From Dehalococcoidia bacterium (GTDB lineage Bacteria > Chloroflexota > Dehalococcoidia > SHYB01), in NCBI GenBank assembly GCA_965219875.1, contig CBDCOW010000003.1:1002458-1066457 (forward strand): DNA of 64,000 nucleotides, read 5' to 3'. A program made the position numbers and the translations under genes. The notes beneath the pieces were generated by a model. That model saw nothing but the letters and a program-made list of their open reading frames with translations, made no database searches and was not told the origin of the DNA. Positions 1 to 9,366 of the stretch are shown here, one piece after another; the first letter of the stretch is position 1, and every line of letters begins with the position of its first letter.

Positions 1-342
1 CCGTTGTGATTCATCTGCATGAAGCACATGGCTCCGGCGTCCAGGATGGCCTTGGCGATGCGGCTATAAGGCTCGATCACCTCTTCTAGGTAGCCAAGCG
101 GACGCGTCGTCCCGCAGGACTTGTGTACCAGCGTCTGGCCCGTGATGACGAGGCCCCAGCCCCCCTTCGCCCGGTCGGCGTGATAGACCCCCGCCCGATC
201 GCTCAGCATGTTCCAGCGGCCGTAGCCCTCGGGGTCGAACCGGTAGAGGTCGTGGCTGTGGGAGGTCACCATCAGCCGGTTCTTGACCTCGACGTTGCCG
301 ATGGTCAACGGCTGAAAGAGGTGAGGAAATTCAGAAGGCATG
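1..342 (-). CDS. NADH:flavin oxidoreductase / old yellow enzyme family, N-terminal part (gene continues beyond window start)
   Basis: Reverse translation begins MPSEFPHLFQPLTIGNVEVKNRLMVTSHSH, which matches the OYE/2,4-dienoyl-CoA reductase N-terminal beta-strand motif. The ATG is at 342..340 and the gene is truncated by the window edge. Confidence 0.65.
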
Positions 343-469
343 GGCGTCGTTCACCAAGCCGGTCATAGGGAAACACTGCCTGTCGGTGGCAGCGAAGGCG
401 AGAGTATTTGAGGAGTACGGGCCTGTCAAGCAAGGTTTGTGTGCCCGCGAAGGTGAGGTGCGTCGCTTC

Positions 470-1381
470 TTACTGCTGGAGGTTGGGGTCCAGCTTGTCG
501 CGAATCCAGTCGCCCATCGTATTGAAGCTCAAGACGACGAGGAGGATCGCCAGGCCGGGGAAGACCGAGACCCACCAGGCGGTCTCGATGTATTGGCGGC
601 CCTGCGAGGCCATCGACCCCCAGGATGGGTCCGGCGGCGGTATACCCGCGCCGAGGAAGCTGAGCGACGACTCGGCCAGGATCGCCACGCCAAATTGCAA
701 GGTGAGCAACACAATAAACGTGTTCTTCACGTGCGGGAAAATGTGGTGGACGATGATTCGCACCGGTCCGGCCCCGGCCACGCGCGCCAGCCGAATGAAG
801 TCCCGGTTCATAACCGAGAGCGTCTCGCCGCGGATCATCCGAGCGTAGCCGGCCCATAGGTTCGCGGAAAGAGCGATGATTACCAGCGTGATCGACGGCC
901 GGTAGACGACCCCCAATACGAGCGCCAGCAAGATGATGGGTAAGGCGAGGACCGCGTCGGTCAGCCGCATCAGCACCGCCTCCACCGCGCCCCGGTAGTA
1001 CCCCGCGACCATGCCGAGAGCGAGTCCAACGAAGCCGGCGATGCCAACGGTGAGGACGGCGACGAGCAAGGAGAACCGGGCTCCCACGAGCAGGCGCACG
1101 AACACGTCGCGCCCTTGCTGGTCCGTGCCAAGGATGTGGACGTTCCAGAAGTCCCACGCCCACTCAGGGCCTTGCAGCCGCTCGCGAGGTTGGCCGACGA
1201 GCGGATCGAACGGCGATATGGCCTCGATGCTGAATGTTCCGACCACCATGATCAGCAGGATGAGTATCGCCCCTTCTGGGGCCAATCGCGGTCGCAGGCC
1301 CGACGCCGCGCCCACCGCGGTCCGCGCGAAGGGGCTCCGCCACGCCGAAGCGAGTCCGGCTGCGGCTCGCCGTCCCGTCAT
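470..1381 (-). CDS. ABC transporter permease, DppC/OppC-like (binding-protein-dependent transport inner membrane component)
   Basis: 303-aa ORF with a multi-TM profile. It carries the EAA-like loop (ARMIRGETLSVMNRDFIRLARVAG) and the DppC-type C-terminus. Its ATG at 1381..1379 overlaps the TGA of the upstream permease (ATGA). Confidence 0.9.
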   Translation of the reverse strand: MTGRRAAAGLASAWRSPFARTAVGAASGLRPRLAPEGAILILLIMVVGTFSIEAISPFDPLVGQPRERLQGPEWAWDFWNVHILGTDQQGRDVFVRLLVGARFSLLVAVLTVGIAGFVGLALGMVAGYYRGAVEAVLMRLTDAVLALPIILLALVLGVVYRPSITLVIIALSANLWAGYARMIRGETLSVMNRDFIRLARVAGAGPVRIIVHHIFPHVKNTFIVLLTLQFGVAILAESSLSFLGAGIPPPDPSWGSMASQGRQYIETAWWVSVFPGLAILLVVLSFNTMGDWIRDKLDPNLQQ

Positions 1382-2313
1382 CAGGTATACCTGATCCTCG
1401 GGTCGATCCAGCCGTACAGAAGATCGACCAAGAGGTTGAAGCCGATGACGATCGCCGCGCCAATCAGGATGGCGCCTTGCATCACCGGATAGTCGCGGCG
1501 GCCTAGGGCGTCGAACATCACCCGGCCGACCCCGGGCCAGGCGAAGACGACCTCAATGACGATGGCGCCGGTGACGAGAACGCCAAAGAAGAGGCCGCCG
1601 AACGTCACCACGGGTATCAGCGCGTTGCGCAGGGCGTGCTTCCAGAGCACGGTCCTCAGCGGCAGACCTTTGGCGCGGGCCAGCTTGATGTACTCGCTAT
1701 CAAGCACTTCGAGCATGCTCGAACGGGTCAGCCTCGTCATCCCCGCGACGACGAACAGGCCCATAACGCTGGCCGGCATGATGGCGTGCCGGATGCTGAA
1801 GAACCCCTCGCCCTTCCCCGCGACCGGCAGCAGTTCGAGATGCACGGCGAAGACGACGATCATGATGACGCCCAGCCACCAGGGCGGGACCACCTGACCG
1901 GTCAGGGCGACGATGCGGGCGAAGTGGTCGAACGCCGTGCCGCGCTTCACCGCCGCCAGAATCCCCAGCGGTACGCCGACGACGGCGGCGATGGCCATGG
2001 CGAAGGCGGCCAGTTTGGCCGAGTTGGCCAGCTTCGGCCAGATGAGCTCGCCCACGCCGTAGCCTCTTTGGACGATCGACTGGCCGAGATCGCCGCGGGC
2101 CAAGTCACCGAGGTAGTCGAAGTATTGGACGACGATGGGCCGGTCCAGGCCCAGCTGCTCCCGCTTCTCTTGGACCTGTTCCTGCGTCGCGTCTTGAGCG
2201 ACGAGTAGGACGGAGGGATCGCCGAGCACCCTGGCCAGCAGGAACACCGCGGTGACCACGATGAGCAGCGTGACCACCGACTGAACAGCCCGCTGAAGGA
2301 TGAACCCAGTCAT
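1381..2313 (-). CDS. ABC transporter permease, DppB/OppB-like
   Basis: The 622-aa track ORF is an artefact. The real protein starts at ATG 2313..2311 (MTGFILQRAVQSVVTLLIVV...) and has the EAA loop YIKLARAKGLPLRTVLWKHALRNAL and the DppB C-terminus YGWIDPRIRYT. It is translationally coupled to the DppC-like gene. Confidence 0.9.
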   Translation of the reverse strand: MTGFILQRAVQSVVTLLIVVTAVFLLARVLGDPSVLLVAQDATQEQVQEKREQLGLDRPIVVQYFDYLGDLARGDLGQSIVQRGYGVGELIWPKLANSAKLAAFAMAIAAVVGVPLGILAAVKRGTAFDHFARIVALTGQVVPPWWLGVIMIVVFAVHLELLPVAGKGEGFFSIRHAIMPASVMGLFVVAGMTRLTRSSMLEVLDSEYIKLARAKGLPLRTVLWKHALRNALIPVVTFGGLFFGVLVTGAIVIEVVFAWPGVGRVMFDALGRRDYPVMQGAILIGAAIVIGFNLLVDLLYGWIDPRIRYT

Positions 2314-2388
2314 GGGGGCGTAGTATACGGGGGGCCGCCTGGCCGCGCTTGCTTGAAGGCGAACTTCGCACCTATACTCCCGCCCATC

Positions 2389-3306
2389 ATGACATCCCTG
2401 CCCGGCATCTATTCGATGAGCGTGACTCCCTTCTCCGCCGACGGAGGGCTGGACGAGGACGCGCTTCGCTCCCACCTGCGCTATCAGGCCGCGGCCGGCG
2501 TCGGAGTCTATTTGGGGAGCTACGGGAGCGGCGAGGGGCACCTGCTGCGCGAGCGCGAAGTCGAGCGGATCTACGAAATCGCCGTGGAGGAACTGAAGGG
2601 CAAGGTCCCCCTCTTCGCCGCCGCCATCGGCTTCACCGAGACCGACTACATCATCCATCAGGCCAAACGCGCCGCGGCGATTGGCGTCGACGCCGTGCAG
2701 ATTCACCCACCGCGGCCCGGTACTCCGCTCCACCGTCCGACCCCTCCCGAGCTGGAGCGTTTCTACGACGATATCCTGAGCAGCGTGACCACACCGGTCC
2801 ACCTCTCGAACCAGACGGCGATGGTATCCAGCGAAGTGCCCGTGGCCTTCTTCGCCAAGCTCGTGGAAACGTATGACCACATCGAGATGATCAACAACAC
2901 GAGCCAGGACTTGAGCTATCTGGTGCGGCTCCTCGACGCTATCGGAGACAAGGCGCTCGTCAGTGTGGGAATGGTCACCCAACTGATCACCACGCTGGCG
3001 CTGGGAGGCCACGGCTCCCTGTGCTTCGAGCCCAACATAGCGCCGAGGCTCACCATGTCGGTGCTGGCGGCCTACCGGTCCGGCGACCACGCCCTTGCGC
3101 TGGAGCGGTTCGCGCATCTCCTCCGCCTCAACGAAATCCTCTCGAAATACCAGAACCCTCGGTCTCTCAAGGCCGCGCTCAGGGTGCTCGGGCTGCCCGG
3201 AGGCTTCCTGCGCCGGCCCTATCTGGACTTGGACGAGACGGCGCACCAAGACATCAGCGCGACGCTGGACCGGCTGCGGATCAAAGAGATCGAGGGGCTA
3301 GCGTAG
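2389..3306 (+). CDS. Dihydrodipicolinate synthase / N-acetylneuraminate lyase (DapA) family protein
   Basis: GIYSMSVTPFSADGGLDEDALRSHLRYQAAAGVGVYLGSYGSGEGHLL is the typical DapA-family N-terminus (TPF..DG.ID...L). ATG at 2389. The track ORF begins at a TTG at 2353. The gene lies opposite-strand between the permease and ATPase genes of one ABC locus. Confidence 0.8.
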   Translation: MTSLPGIYSMSVTPFSADGGLDEDALRSHLRYQAAAGVGVYLGSYGSGEGHLLREREVERIYEIAVEELKGKVPLFAAAIGFTETDYIIHQAKRAAAIGVDAVQIHPPRPGTPLHRPTPPELERFYDDILSSVTTPVHLSNQTAMVSSEVPVAFFAKLVETYDHIEMINNTSQDLSYLVRLLDAIGDKALVSVGMVTQLITTLALGGHGSLCFEPNIAPRLTMSVLAAYRSGDHALALERFAHLLRLNEILSKYQNPRSLKAALRVLGLPGGFLRRPYLDLDETAHQDISATLDRLRIKEIEGLA

Positions 3307-3332
3307 ACCCCTCCCTCGGAAGCGGCCCGGCG

Positions 3333-4343
3333 CTAGTACAGGTGGCAGGCGACCCGGTGGCCCGGCGCGGCCTCTTTCATGATGGGCTCCACCTCGGCGC
3401 AGATATCCATCACGTGCGGGCACCGCGTGCGGAAACGGCACCCTGAAGGCGGGCTGATGGGCGAGGGGACCTCCCCTTGCAGCACGATCCGCTCCCGGGG
3501 GCGGGCCGGATTGGCGCTCAAGGTCGCAGAGAGCAAGGCCCGGCTGTAGGGGTGCAAGGGGTTGTTGAAGAACTCCTCGCTCGGCGCCAGCTCGGCGAAC
3601 TTCCCCAGGTACATGATGGCGACCGTATCGCCCATATACCGGACCATGGAGAGGTCGTGCGAAATGACGAAGAAGGTCAGCCCAAGTTGAGCTTGCAGAT
3701 CTTTGAGCAGGTTGACGATCTGCGCGCGAATGGAAACGTCGAGGGCCGAGACCGGTTCGTCGAGCACCAGCATCTTCGGCGCGAGGCCCAGCGCGCGGGC
3801 GATCGCGATCCGCTGGCGTTGGCCGCCGCTGAACTCGTGCGGATAGCGCTCGGCGTGGACTGGCGACAACGTCACCTGCTCGAGTAGCGACGCCACCTTG
3901 TCGTTGACTTCTTGTTTCGAGAGGCGCTCGTTGATCACCAGAGGTTCGGCGATGATGCTCCCGACACGCAGCTTGGAGTTGAGCGAGCTCCAGGGGTCTT
4001 GGAACACGGCCTGGACGTTGCCCCGGTAAGCCCGCGTCTCCTCTCGGGTCAAGCTGTCGATTTCGGCGCCTTGCCAGCGGAGCATCCCGCCGGTAGGCCG
4101 TTCGAGCTTGAGGAGCAGGTTCGCCAGCGTCGTCTTGCCACAGCCGGACTCGCCCGCCAAGCAAAAGGTCTCGCCCTCGGTAATCTCGAAGTCGACGCCG
4201 TCGACGGCCTTCACCGTCCGCTTGCCGTAGGCGAACACGCCCCGGCCCACGGCGAAATGCTTCTTCACCCCCAGGGCCTCAACAAGCGGGGGTGCGGTCT
4301 GGCTGGGCGCTGGGCCTACCGCCTCTTGGACCTGCTGGGTCAC
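3333..4343 (-). CDS. ABC transporter ATP-binding protein, DppF/OppF-like
   Basis: Walker A GESGCGKTT, signature FSGGQRQRIAIARAL, Walker B LVLDEPVSALD, H-loop ISHDL, plus the C-terminal oligopeptide-ABC extension with CRFRTRCPHV. Proposed GTG start at 4343..4341, overlapping the upstream TGA (GTGA). The longer track ORF runs into the upstream gene. Confidence 0.85.
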   Translation of the reverse strand: MTQQVQEAVGPAPSQTAPPLVEALGVKKHFAVGRGVFAYGKRTVKAVDGVDFEITEGETFCLAGESGCGKTTLANLLLKLERPTGGMLRWQGAEIDSLTREETRAYRGNVQAVFQDPWSSLNSKLRVGSIIAEPLVINERLSKQEVNDKVASLLEQVTLSPVHAERYPHEFSGGQRQRIAIARALGLAPKMLVLDEPVSALDVSIRAQIVNLLKDLQAQLGLTFFVISHDLSMVRYMGDTVAIMYLGKFAELAPSEEFFNNPLHPYSRALLSATLSANPARPRERIVLQGEVPSPISPPSGCRFRTRCPHVMDICAEVEPIMKEAAPGHRVACHLY

Positions 4344-5317
4344 GCGGCGTGCTCCTCGGCCCGCCAGCACTTCGCCGTGCGCTTCTCGCCAACAGCGAAC
4401 TCCGCGGGGAATTCCTTCTCGCAACGATCGAAGACGTAGGGGCACCGCGGCGCGAAGTGACAACCCGGCAGCAGCTCGAAGGGCGACGGCGGCTGCCCCT
4501 CGATGGAAGGAAGCCGGTCGGGTTTCTCCTCGATGCTGGTGACCGACTTCAGCAGTGCCTCGGAGTAGGGATGCGCGGGGCCGGCGAAGACCTCGGGGAC
4601 CGGCCCATATTCGACGATTCGGCCCGAGTACATCACGGCAACGGTGTCGCACACGTTCGCGACGACGCCGAAGTCGTGGGTGATGAACAGAATCGCCAGG
4701 TCGAACTCTTTCTGGAGGTCTTGCAGGAGGTCCAGATATTGCGCCTGGATCGTCGGGTCGAGGGCCGAGGTTGGCTCGTCGGCGATGAGAATCTCGGGCG
4801 TGGGGGCGATGCCGATAGCCCCGACGACCCGCTGCCGCATGCCGCCGCTCAACTGATGCGGAAAGTACCGCGACGCCGCCTCGGCGTCGGGGATGTGGAC
4901 CCGCCGCAGCAACTCCAGCACCCGCTCCTTGACATTAACGCCCTGGCGGTCGTGCAGCCGCACCGTTTCGCCGACTTGGTCGTCGACGCGGAACACCGGG
5001 TTCAGCGAGGTCAGCGGGTCCTGCAGGATCATCGCGATGCGCCCGCCCCTGACCTGCTGCATCTCCTTTTCGGTCTTGCCGACCAAATCGTCGCCGTGCA
5101 GCTCGACGCGGCCGCTGGTGATCCGGCCCAGCGGAGGGAGCAGGCGCATGATCGAAAGGGCGGTCATGCTCTTTCCCGAGCCGGACTCGCCCACGATGCC
5201 GAGGGTCTCGCCGCGGTGGAGGTCGAAGTCGACGCCATCGACCGCACGCACCACCCCGCGCTTGGTGTGCAACTCGGTCCGCAGGTCACGCACCGAGAGG
5301 ACTACGTCCTGTTCGAT
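4340..5317 (-). CDS. ABC transporter ATP-binding protein, DppD/OppD-like (start codon uncertain)
   Basis: Walker A GESGSGKSMT, signature LSGGMRQRV, Walker B LIADEPTSALD, H-loop ITHDF and CHFAPRCPYV C-terminus. The homologous N-terminus is LIEQDVVLSVRDL. A strong AAGGAGG lies at 5332..5338 just upstream, but the only in-frame upstream ATG is far away at 5488, so the start may be non-canonical near 5317. Confidence 0.8.
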   Translation of the reverse strand: MEQDVVLSVRDLRTELHTKRGVVRAVDGVDFDLHRGETLGIVGESGSGKSMTALSIMRLLPPLGRITSGRVELHGDDLVGKTEKEMQQVRGGRIAMILQDPLTSLNPVFRVDDQVGETVRLHDRQGVNVKERVLELLRRVHIPDAEAASRYFPHQLSGGMRQRVVGAIGIAPTPEILIADEPTSALDPTIQAQYLDLLQDLQKEFDLAILFITHDFGVVANVCDTVAVMYSGRIVEYGPVPEVFAGPAHPYSEALLKSVTSIEEKPDRLPSIEGQPPSPFELLPGCHFAPRCPYVFDRCEKEFPAEFAVGEKRTAKCWRAEEHAA

Positions 5318-5418
5318 GAGCCTCCACCCTCCTTCAGGTTGGTCGGAGTATACCCCACCGTCGGCCCCAAGCCTGAACCCACTTCTATCAGGTTCACGGG
5401 TGGTAGAATTGATGGGCC

Positions 5419-5847
5419 ATGACGCCCCAAGCCCTCCCGGATACGGAGCTAAGCGCTGGACCTCGCGGCATGAAGGCCTTCCGGACAATCATGCTGGTTT
5501 TGGCCGTAGTCCAAGCCGCTTTCGCGGGACTCACCGCCATGGTGGGCGCGTTCGCGGACGGAGGAGATGTCTGGTCGCGGCTGTTGATCGTCCTGCTACA
5601 TCCGCTGAGCGCCGCCGCCTTGCTGGTGCTGGTGGTGTCGCCCCGACCCGCCGCCGCGTCGGCCTTCGGTGTCGCAGCACTGCTGACGGCGACGGTGACC
5701 GCCGACGTAGCCTTCGCTCTGCTGATCGCCCAAGGCGCCGTGAAGGGCGACTGGGGGCTTCCTCTGGCGTTCGCCGCGATTCCAGCCGTCGGTATCGCCT
5801 ACGCCCTGACCCTCACCCTGCTGCGGCCGCGGTCGAGCCCCCGCTAG
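5419..5847 (+). CDS. Hypothetical small membrane protein (4 predicted TM segments)
   Basis: 142-aa ORF, divergent from the ABC ATPase gene, with very hydrophobic Ala/Leu-rich helices. No recognisable domain. Could be a GC-artefact ORF. Alternative ATG at 5470. Confidence 0.35.
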   Translation: MTPQALPDTELSAGPRGMKAFRTIMLVLAVVQAAFAGLTAMVGAFADGGDVWSRLLIVLLHPLSAAALLVLVVSPRPAAASAFGVAALLTATVTADVAFALLIAQGAVKGDWGLPLAFAAIPAVGIAYALTLTLLRPRSSPR

Positions 5848-5874
5848 CCACTTCTCCAACCGGTGCGGGGAACG

Positions 5875-7251
5875 CTACCTAGGCTGCCTCGCCTTACGGG
5901 CGGTACGCCATGGCTTGCGTGTGAACCGGTGGCCTAGGCCCCGCTCGATCTCACGCCATTTCCGCTCTTCTTCCGGCGTGATGAACGTTACCGCCTCTCC
6001 GGAGCGGCCCATGCGGCCGGTCCGACCGATCCGGTGCGTGAAGAGTTGCTCCGAGTCCGGTAGGTCGTAGTTGATGACCTGGCTGATGCCCTCGACGTCC
6101 AAGCCGCGGGCAGCCACGTTCGTCGCCACCAGAATCGGCGCGGCGCCGGAACGGAAGTCCTTCATCACACGCTCACGCGCGGCCTGGCTGAGATTCCCTT
6201 GGAGCGCCCCGACCGGATAGCCCAATGCGTCGAGCTGCTTCGCCAGCTTCTTGACGCCGTGCTTGGTCCTGCCAAAGACGAGAATCGGCGCGCCGCCCCG
6301 TTGGCCCAACAGCGTTTGAAGGGCCTCTATCTTGTCGCTCTTCTGGATGGAGTAGACCAGGTGCTCCACCGTGGGGACCGCTTGCAGTCCTGCGTCTACT
6401 TCCACTGTTACGGGGTCGCGCAGGTACTTCGTGGCGGTCTTCGCCACCCACTCCGGCATGGTTGCCGAGAGGAGCGCCGTCTGCCGCCCGGCGGGCGTCC
6501 GGCTAAGGATGGCCTCGACGTCGTGGGCGAAACCTCTATCGAGCATCTCGTCCGCCTCGTCCAGGACAAGGAACCGCACCGAGCGCAGGTCTAGCGAGCC
6601 TCGCCGCAGATGGTCCAGCGTACGGCCCGGAGTGCCGATGATGATCTGGGCGCCGTTCCTGAGCGCCATGCTCTCGGGGCCCAACGACCGGCCGCCGTAC
6701 AGCAGTGCCACGCGCAGCCGCTGCGGTAGCGCCAAGGCATCCGTGACGCCGGCCACTTGAATGGCCAGCTCCCGGGTGGGCACGAGCACGAGCGCCTGGA
6801 CTCGCCGGACCGATGGGTCGCAGTGCTCCACCAAGGGCGCGGCGAAGGCCAGCGTCTTTCCGGACCCCGTGCGGGCCTGTCCTATCAAGTCGCGCCCCGC
6901 CAGGAGATGGGGGATGGACTCCTCTTGGATGGGCGTGGGATCCGATATGTTCATGCGGGAAATCGCCGCTCTCGTGCCGGCCTTCAGCGCCATGCCGGGG
7001 AACACGGAATCATCGGCGGCGGAGCTAACGGCGGCGGCTCCATTGGCGGTGGCAAACTTCCTGACGGGCTCATTGACCGCGGCGGCATGGCCGTTGCGGC
7101 GCATCTTGAAGCACGTGGGGCAGTACACCGGCCTACCTTGGCTTGGCCGGAAGGGGACAGTCGTAGAGGTGCCGCAGTCAGCGCAAGCGGCCAAGTGGCG
7201 CTGGGTGCGGATAAAGGGACGCGGGCGGGTCGATAGAGATTCCACTGGCAT
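5875..7251 (-). CDS. DEAD-box ATP-dependent RNA helicase with N-terminal CxxC...CxxC zinc-ribbon extension
   Basis: Q-motif and motif I (PTPIQ...AQARTGSGKT), DEAD (VLDEADEM), SAT, HRIGRTGR. The N-terminal 85 aa contain CADCG-x12-VPFRPSQGRPVYCPTC, a Cys4 zinc ribbon. Confidence 0.85.
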   Translation of the reverse strand: MPVESLSTRPRPFIRTQRHLAACADCGTSTTVPFRPSQGRPVYCPTCFKMRRNGHAAAVNEPVRKFATANGAAAVSSAADDSVFPGMALKAGTRAAISRMNISDPTPIQEESIPHLLAGRDLIGQARTGSGKTLAFAAPLVEHCDPSVRRVQALVLVPTRELAIQVAGVTDALALPQRLRVALLYGGRSLGPESMALRNGAQIIIGTPGRTLDHLRRGSLDLRSVRFLVLDEADEMLDRGFAHDVEAILSRTPAGRQTALLSATMPEWVAKTATKYLRDPVTVEVDAGLQAVPTVEHLVYSIQKSDKIEALQTLLGQRGGAPILVFGRTKHGVKKLAKQLDALGYPVGALQGNLSQAARERVMKDFRSGAAPILVATNVAARGLDVEGISQVINYDLPDSEQLFTHRIGRTGRMGRSGEAVTFITPEEERKWREIERGLGHRFTRKPWRTARKARQPR

Positions 7252-7302
7252 AGGGGGACGGTAACCTTAGTCGAAGGAGTGATGCAGCGGTTCAGAGGCG
7301 GT

Positions 7303-7341
7303 GCGAAAAACAAGAAAACGAGACGGATGATGATCCGTCTC
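7303..7341 (-). terminator. Putative intrinsic terminator / 5'-leader hairpin (9-bp perfect stem GAGACGGAT-gatg-ATCCGTCTC followed on the minus strand by GUUUUCUUGUUUUUCG)
   Basis: Perfect inverted repeat at 7320..7341 with a T-rich tract (minus-strand sense) at 7303..7319. It lies between the DM13 gene stop (7496) and the helicase start (7251). Confidence 0.4.
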
Positions 7342-7495
7342 GCTGCGTGAGTCTATGCCGCGCCAATCAACTGCATCCGCCACCATTCTAACAGACATGC
7401 CAAGGACATAGCAGCTTTCGCCGGCGGCACGGCACCATTGCTCAGCCGTCCAGCCCGGCGGCGGCCTGCAGCCGTCCTCGCCTAGCCCGGCCGGT

Positions 7496-8401
7496 TCAGG
7501 CAGATTGAAGGGTGGCGACACTGAAGACGACGGAGAAGGGCTTGCAGTAGATGACCACGCTATTGAAGACCGACACGTCCACGCCAGCAGGGATCACGTA
7601 GTTCTGGTTCCCCCGGTTGCCCTTCAGGTCTCCCAGATCGACGTACCCGCCCAACTTGACCTCGTCCGACCGGGTCGGGTCCTCGTGGGGCGACAAAATC
7701 ACGTGGAGAGCCGGGCCATTGGTCACGTCAAGGTTTTCCAGCCGGAGCAAGTGGCCGCCGCCGGGAGTGCTGAAGATGATTGCTTGACCACTCCCCCGGT
7801 GAAAGCTGTCGGCGTCTTTGAAGTTGCCCTGCTTCACCTTCCGGGCTTCGTCCTGTTGATTGACGTTCGCCATGATGACCGGCTCCATCATGCGGGCGCC
7901 CCGTTCTACCATCTCCATGTCGGCCGCGGCGCGGACCATCGTGAACCCTTCCGTCAGGGCGGCGTGGTCGTCGTCACTCATTACCGTGATAGAACTGCCG
8001 GACGCCAGCATCGCCCCGGCGTTTATGGCCGAGGCTCCGGGCATATCCTCCCTCATCACCGGGTCGTCAACCATCGCCATCCCGGCCATAGCTCCCTCTA
8101 CGTCGGCCCGTTCCATTCCCTCGGGCACCACGGCATTGAAGGCGAAGGGGAACTCTTCCTCCACGGTAACGTTGATGAATAACGGCGATCCAAGCGACCA
8201 GCCAACCCAAAGGGTAATAGCCAGCATTGGGACTGAAGCGATGCCGAAGGCCACGCGATTGCGCCAAATGACCTGATGCCAGCCGCGCCGATAGCCGAAG
8301 GCGAGGACTGCGGCGATAAACACCAAAGTGGCGGCCCCGATGAGCCAACGGTACTCGTAGAGGCTGGCGAACGTGCGTTCAACATCACCGATAGTCGACA
8401 T
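7496..8401 (-). CDS. Membrane-anchored DM13 (electron-transfer) domain protein with Met-rich linker
   Basis: N-terminal TM helices. A Met-rich segment (MAGMAMVDDPVMREDMPG...MVRAAADMEMVERGARMMEPVIM) follows. The C-terminal ~110 aa match the DM13 domain pattern (NFKDADSFHRGSGQAIIF...LRLENLDVTNGPALHVILS...KGNRGNQNYVIPAGVDVSVFNSVVIYCKPFSVVF). ATG at 8401 is preceded by GGAGGG. The track start at 8413 is a TTG. Confidence 0.7.
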   Translation of the reverse strand: MSTIGDVERTFASLYEYRWLIGAATLVFIAAVLAFGYRRGWHQVIWRNRVAFGIASVPMLAITLWVGWSLGSPLFINVTVEEEFPFAFNAVVPEGMERADVEGAMAGMAMVDDPVMREDMPGASAINAGAMLASGSSITVMSDDDHAALTEGFTMVRAAADMEMVERGARMMEPVIMANVNQQDEARKVKQGNFKDADSFHRGSGQAIIFSTPGGGHLLRLENLDVTNGPALHVILSPHEDPTRSDEVKLGGYVDLGDLKGNRGNQNYVIPAGVDVSVFNSVVIYCKPFSVVFSVATLQSA

Positions 8402-8546
8402 TGCACCCTCCAAGGATCCTCTGCTTTTCGAGCCCAGCCCAGTCCGGACCTGAGCACTAAGGTACTAGATTCTGCCCAGCTGGTGGACCCGAACTTGGTC
8501 AAGACCGGAGATAGGCGTGAGATCGCTAGGATGAATGTGGTCGACT

Positions 8547-9347
8547 CTAGCGGGCCTTCCACTCGGCGGGACGCTTTTCAGTGAACGCCAGCGGTCCTTC
8601 CTTGGCGTCCTCGGTTTGGCTGATCTGGGCGTAGATCATGTCGCCGAATTTCTGCGACTCTTCCATCGCCAGACGGCGCCAAAAGTGCATCATCTTCCTT
8701 GTCGCCTGGACCGCGAGCGGCGCGTTGGCGGCGATGGCGCCGGCGATTTCGATTGCCCGCGGCATCAGTCGGTCCGGTGCCGTGACCTCATGGACGAAGC
8801 CAATGCGGCGCGCTTCCTCCGCCGACATCGTCTCACCCGTCAGGGCGTAGTACATGGCCTCGCCGAAATGCGTCACCCTCGCAAAGTGATGAATGCCATA
8901 AATGGCAAGAATGCCACGCTTCACTTCGGGCAGGCCGAATGTCGCCTCCGTCGAGGCGATGCGGATGTCGCAGTCCATCGCCTCCTCCATACCGCCCCCG
9001 AGCGCAAGCCCATTGACCGCCGCGATGATGGGCTTGGGGCTTCGAGAGAAGATGCCCGGCCCCCGGGGCTGGCCCATGTCGGCGCGCTCCCGGCGTTCCC
9101 CGGACGAATCCTCCTCGGCGTCTTGATCGCGCTGGGCCATCTCCTTCAGGTCCGCTCCCGCGGAAAAGGCGCGGCCCGTGCCGGTCACGATGGCCACCCG
9201 CATACTGGGGTCCTCATCGAAGTCGTCCATGGCCTCCCGCCGCTCGGCGATCATCTGCCTCCCGAAGGCGTTGAGACGGTCGGGACGATTCATGGTGAAC
9301 AGCGCGTAGTGCTCGGCGTCACGCTTCTCGTAGATCCAGTACGGCAT
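8547..9347 (-). CDS. Enoyl-CoA hydratase/isomerase (crotonase) family protein
   Basis: HYALFTMNRPDRLNAF...VTGTGRAFSAGADLKE...IIAAVNGLALGGGMEEAMDCDIRIAS is the crotonase fold signature. Confidence 0.85.
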   Translation of the reverse strand: MPYWIYEKRDAEHYALFTMNRPDRLNAFGRQMIAERREAMDDFDEDPSMRVAIVTGTGRAFSAGADLKEMAQRDQDAEEDSSGERRERADMGQPRGPGIFSRSPKPIIAAVNGLALGGGMEEAMDCDIRIASTEATFGLPEVKRGILAIYGIHHFARVTHFGEAMYYALTGETMSAEEARRIGFVHEVTAPDRLMPRAIEIAGAIAANAPLAVQATRKMMHFWRRLAMEESQKFGDMIYAQISQTEDAKEGPLAFTEKRPAEWKAR

Positions 9348-9366
9348 AGATGGACTCCTCGCGGGG

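Noticed and set aside
1381-3249. 622-aa minus-strand ORF
   Set aside because: Only the C-terminal 311 aa (from ATG 2313) form the DppB-like permease. The upstream 311 aa are Arg/Gly-rich antisense of the DapA-family gene, a GC-skew artefact.
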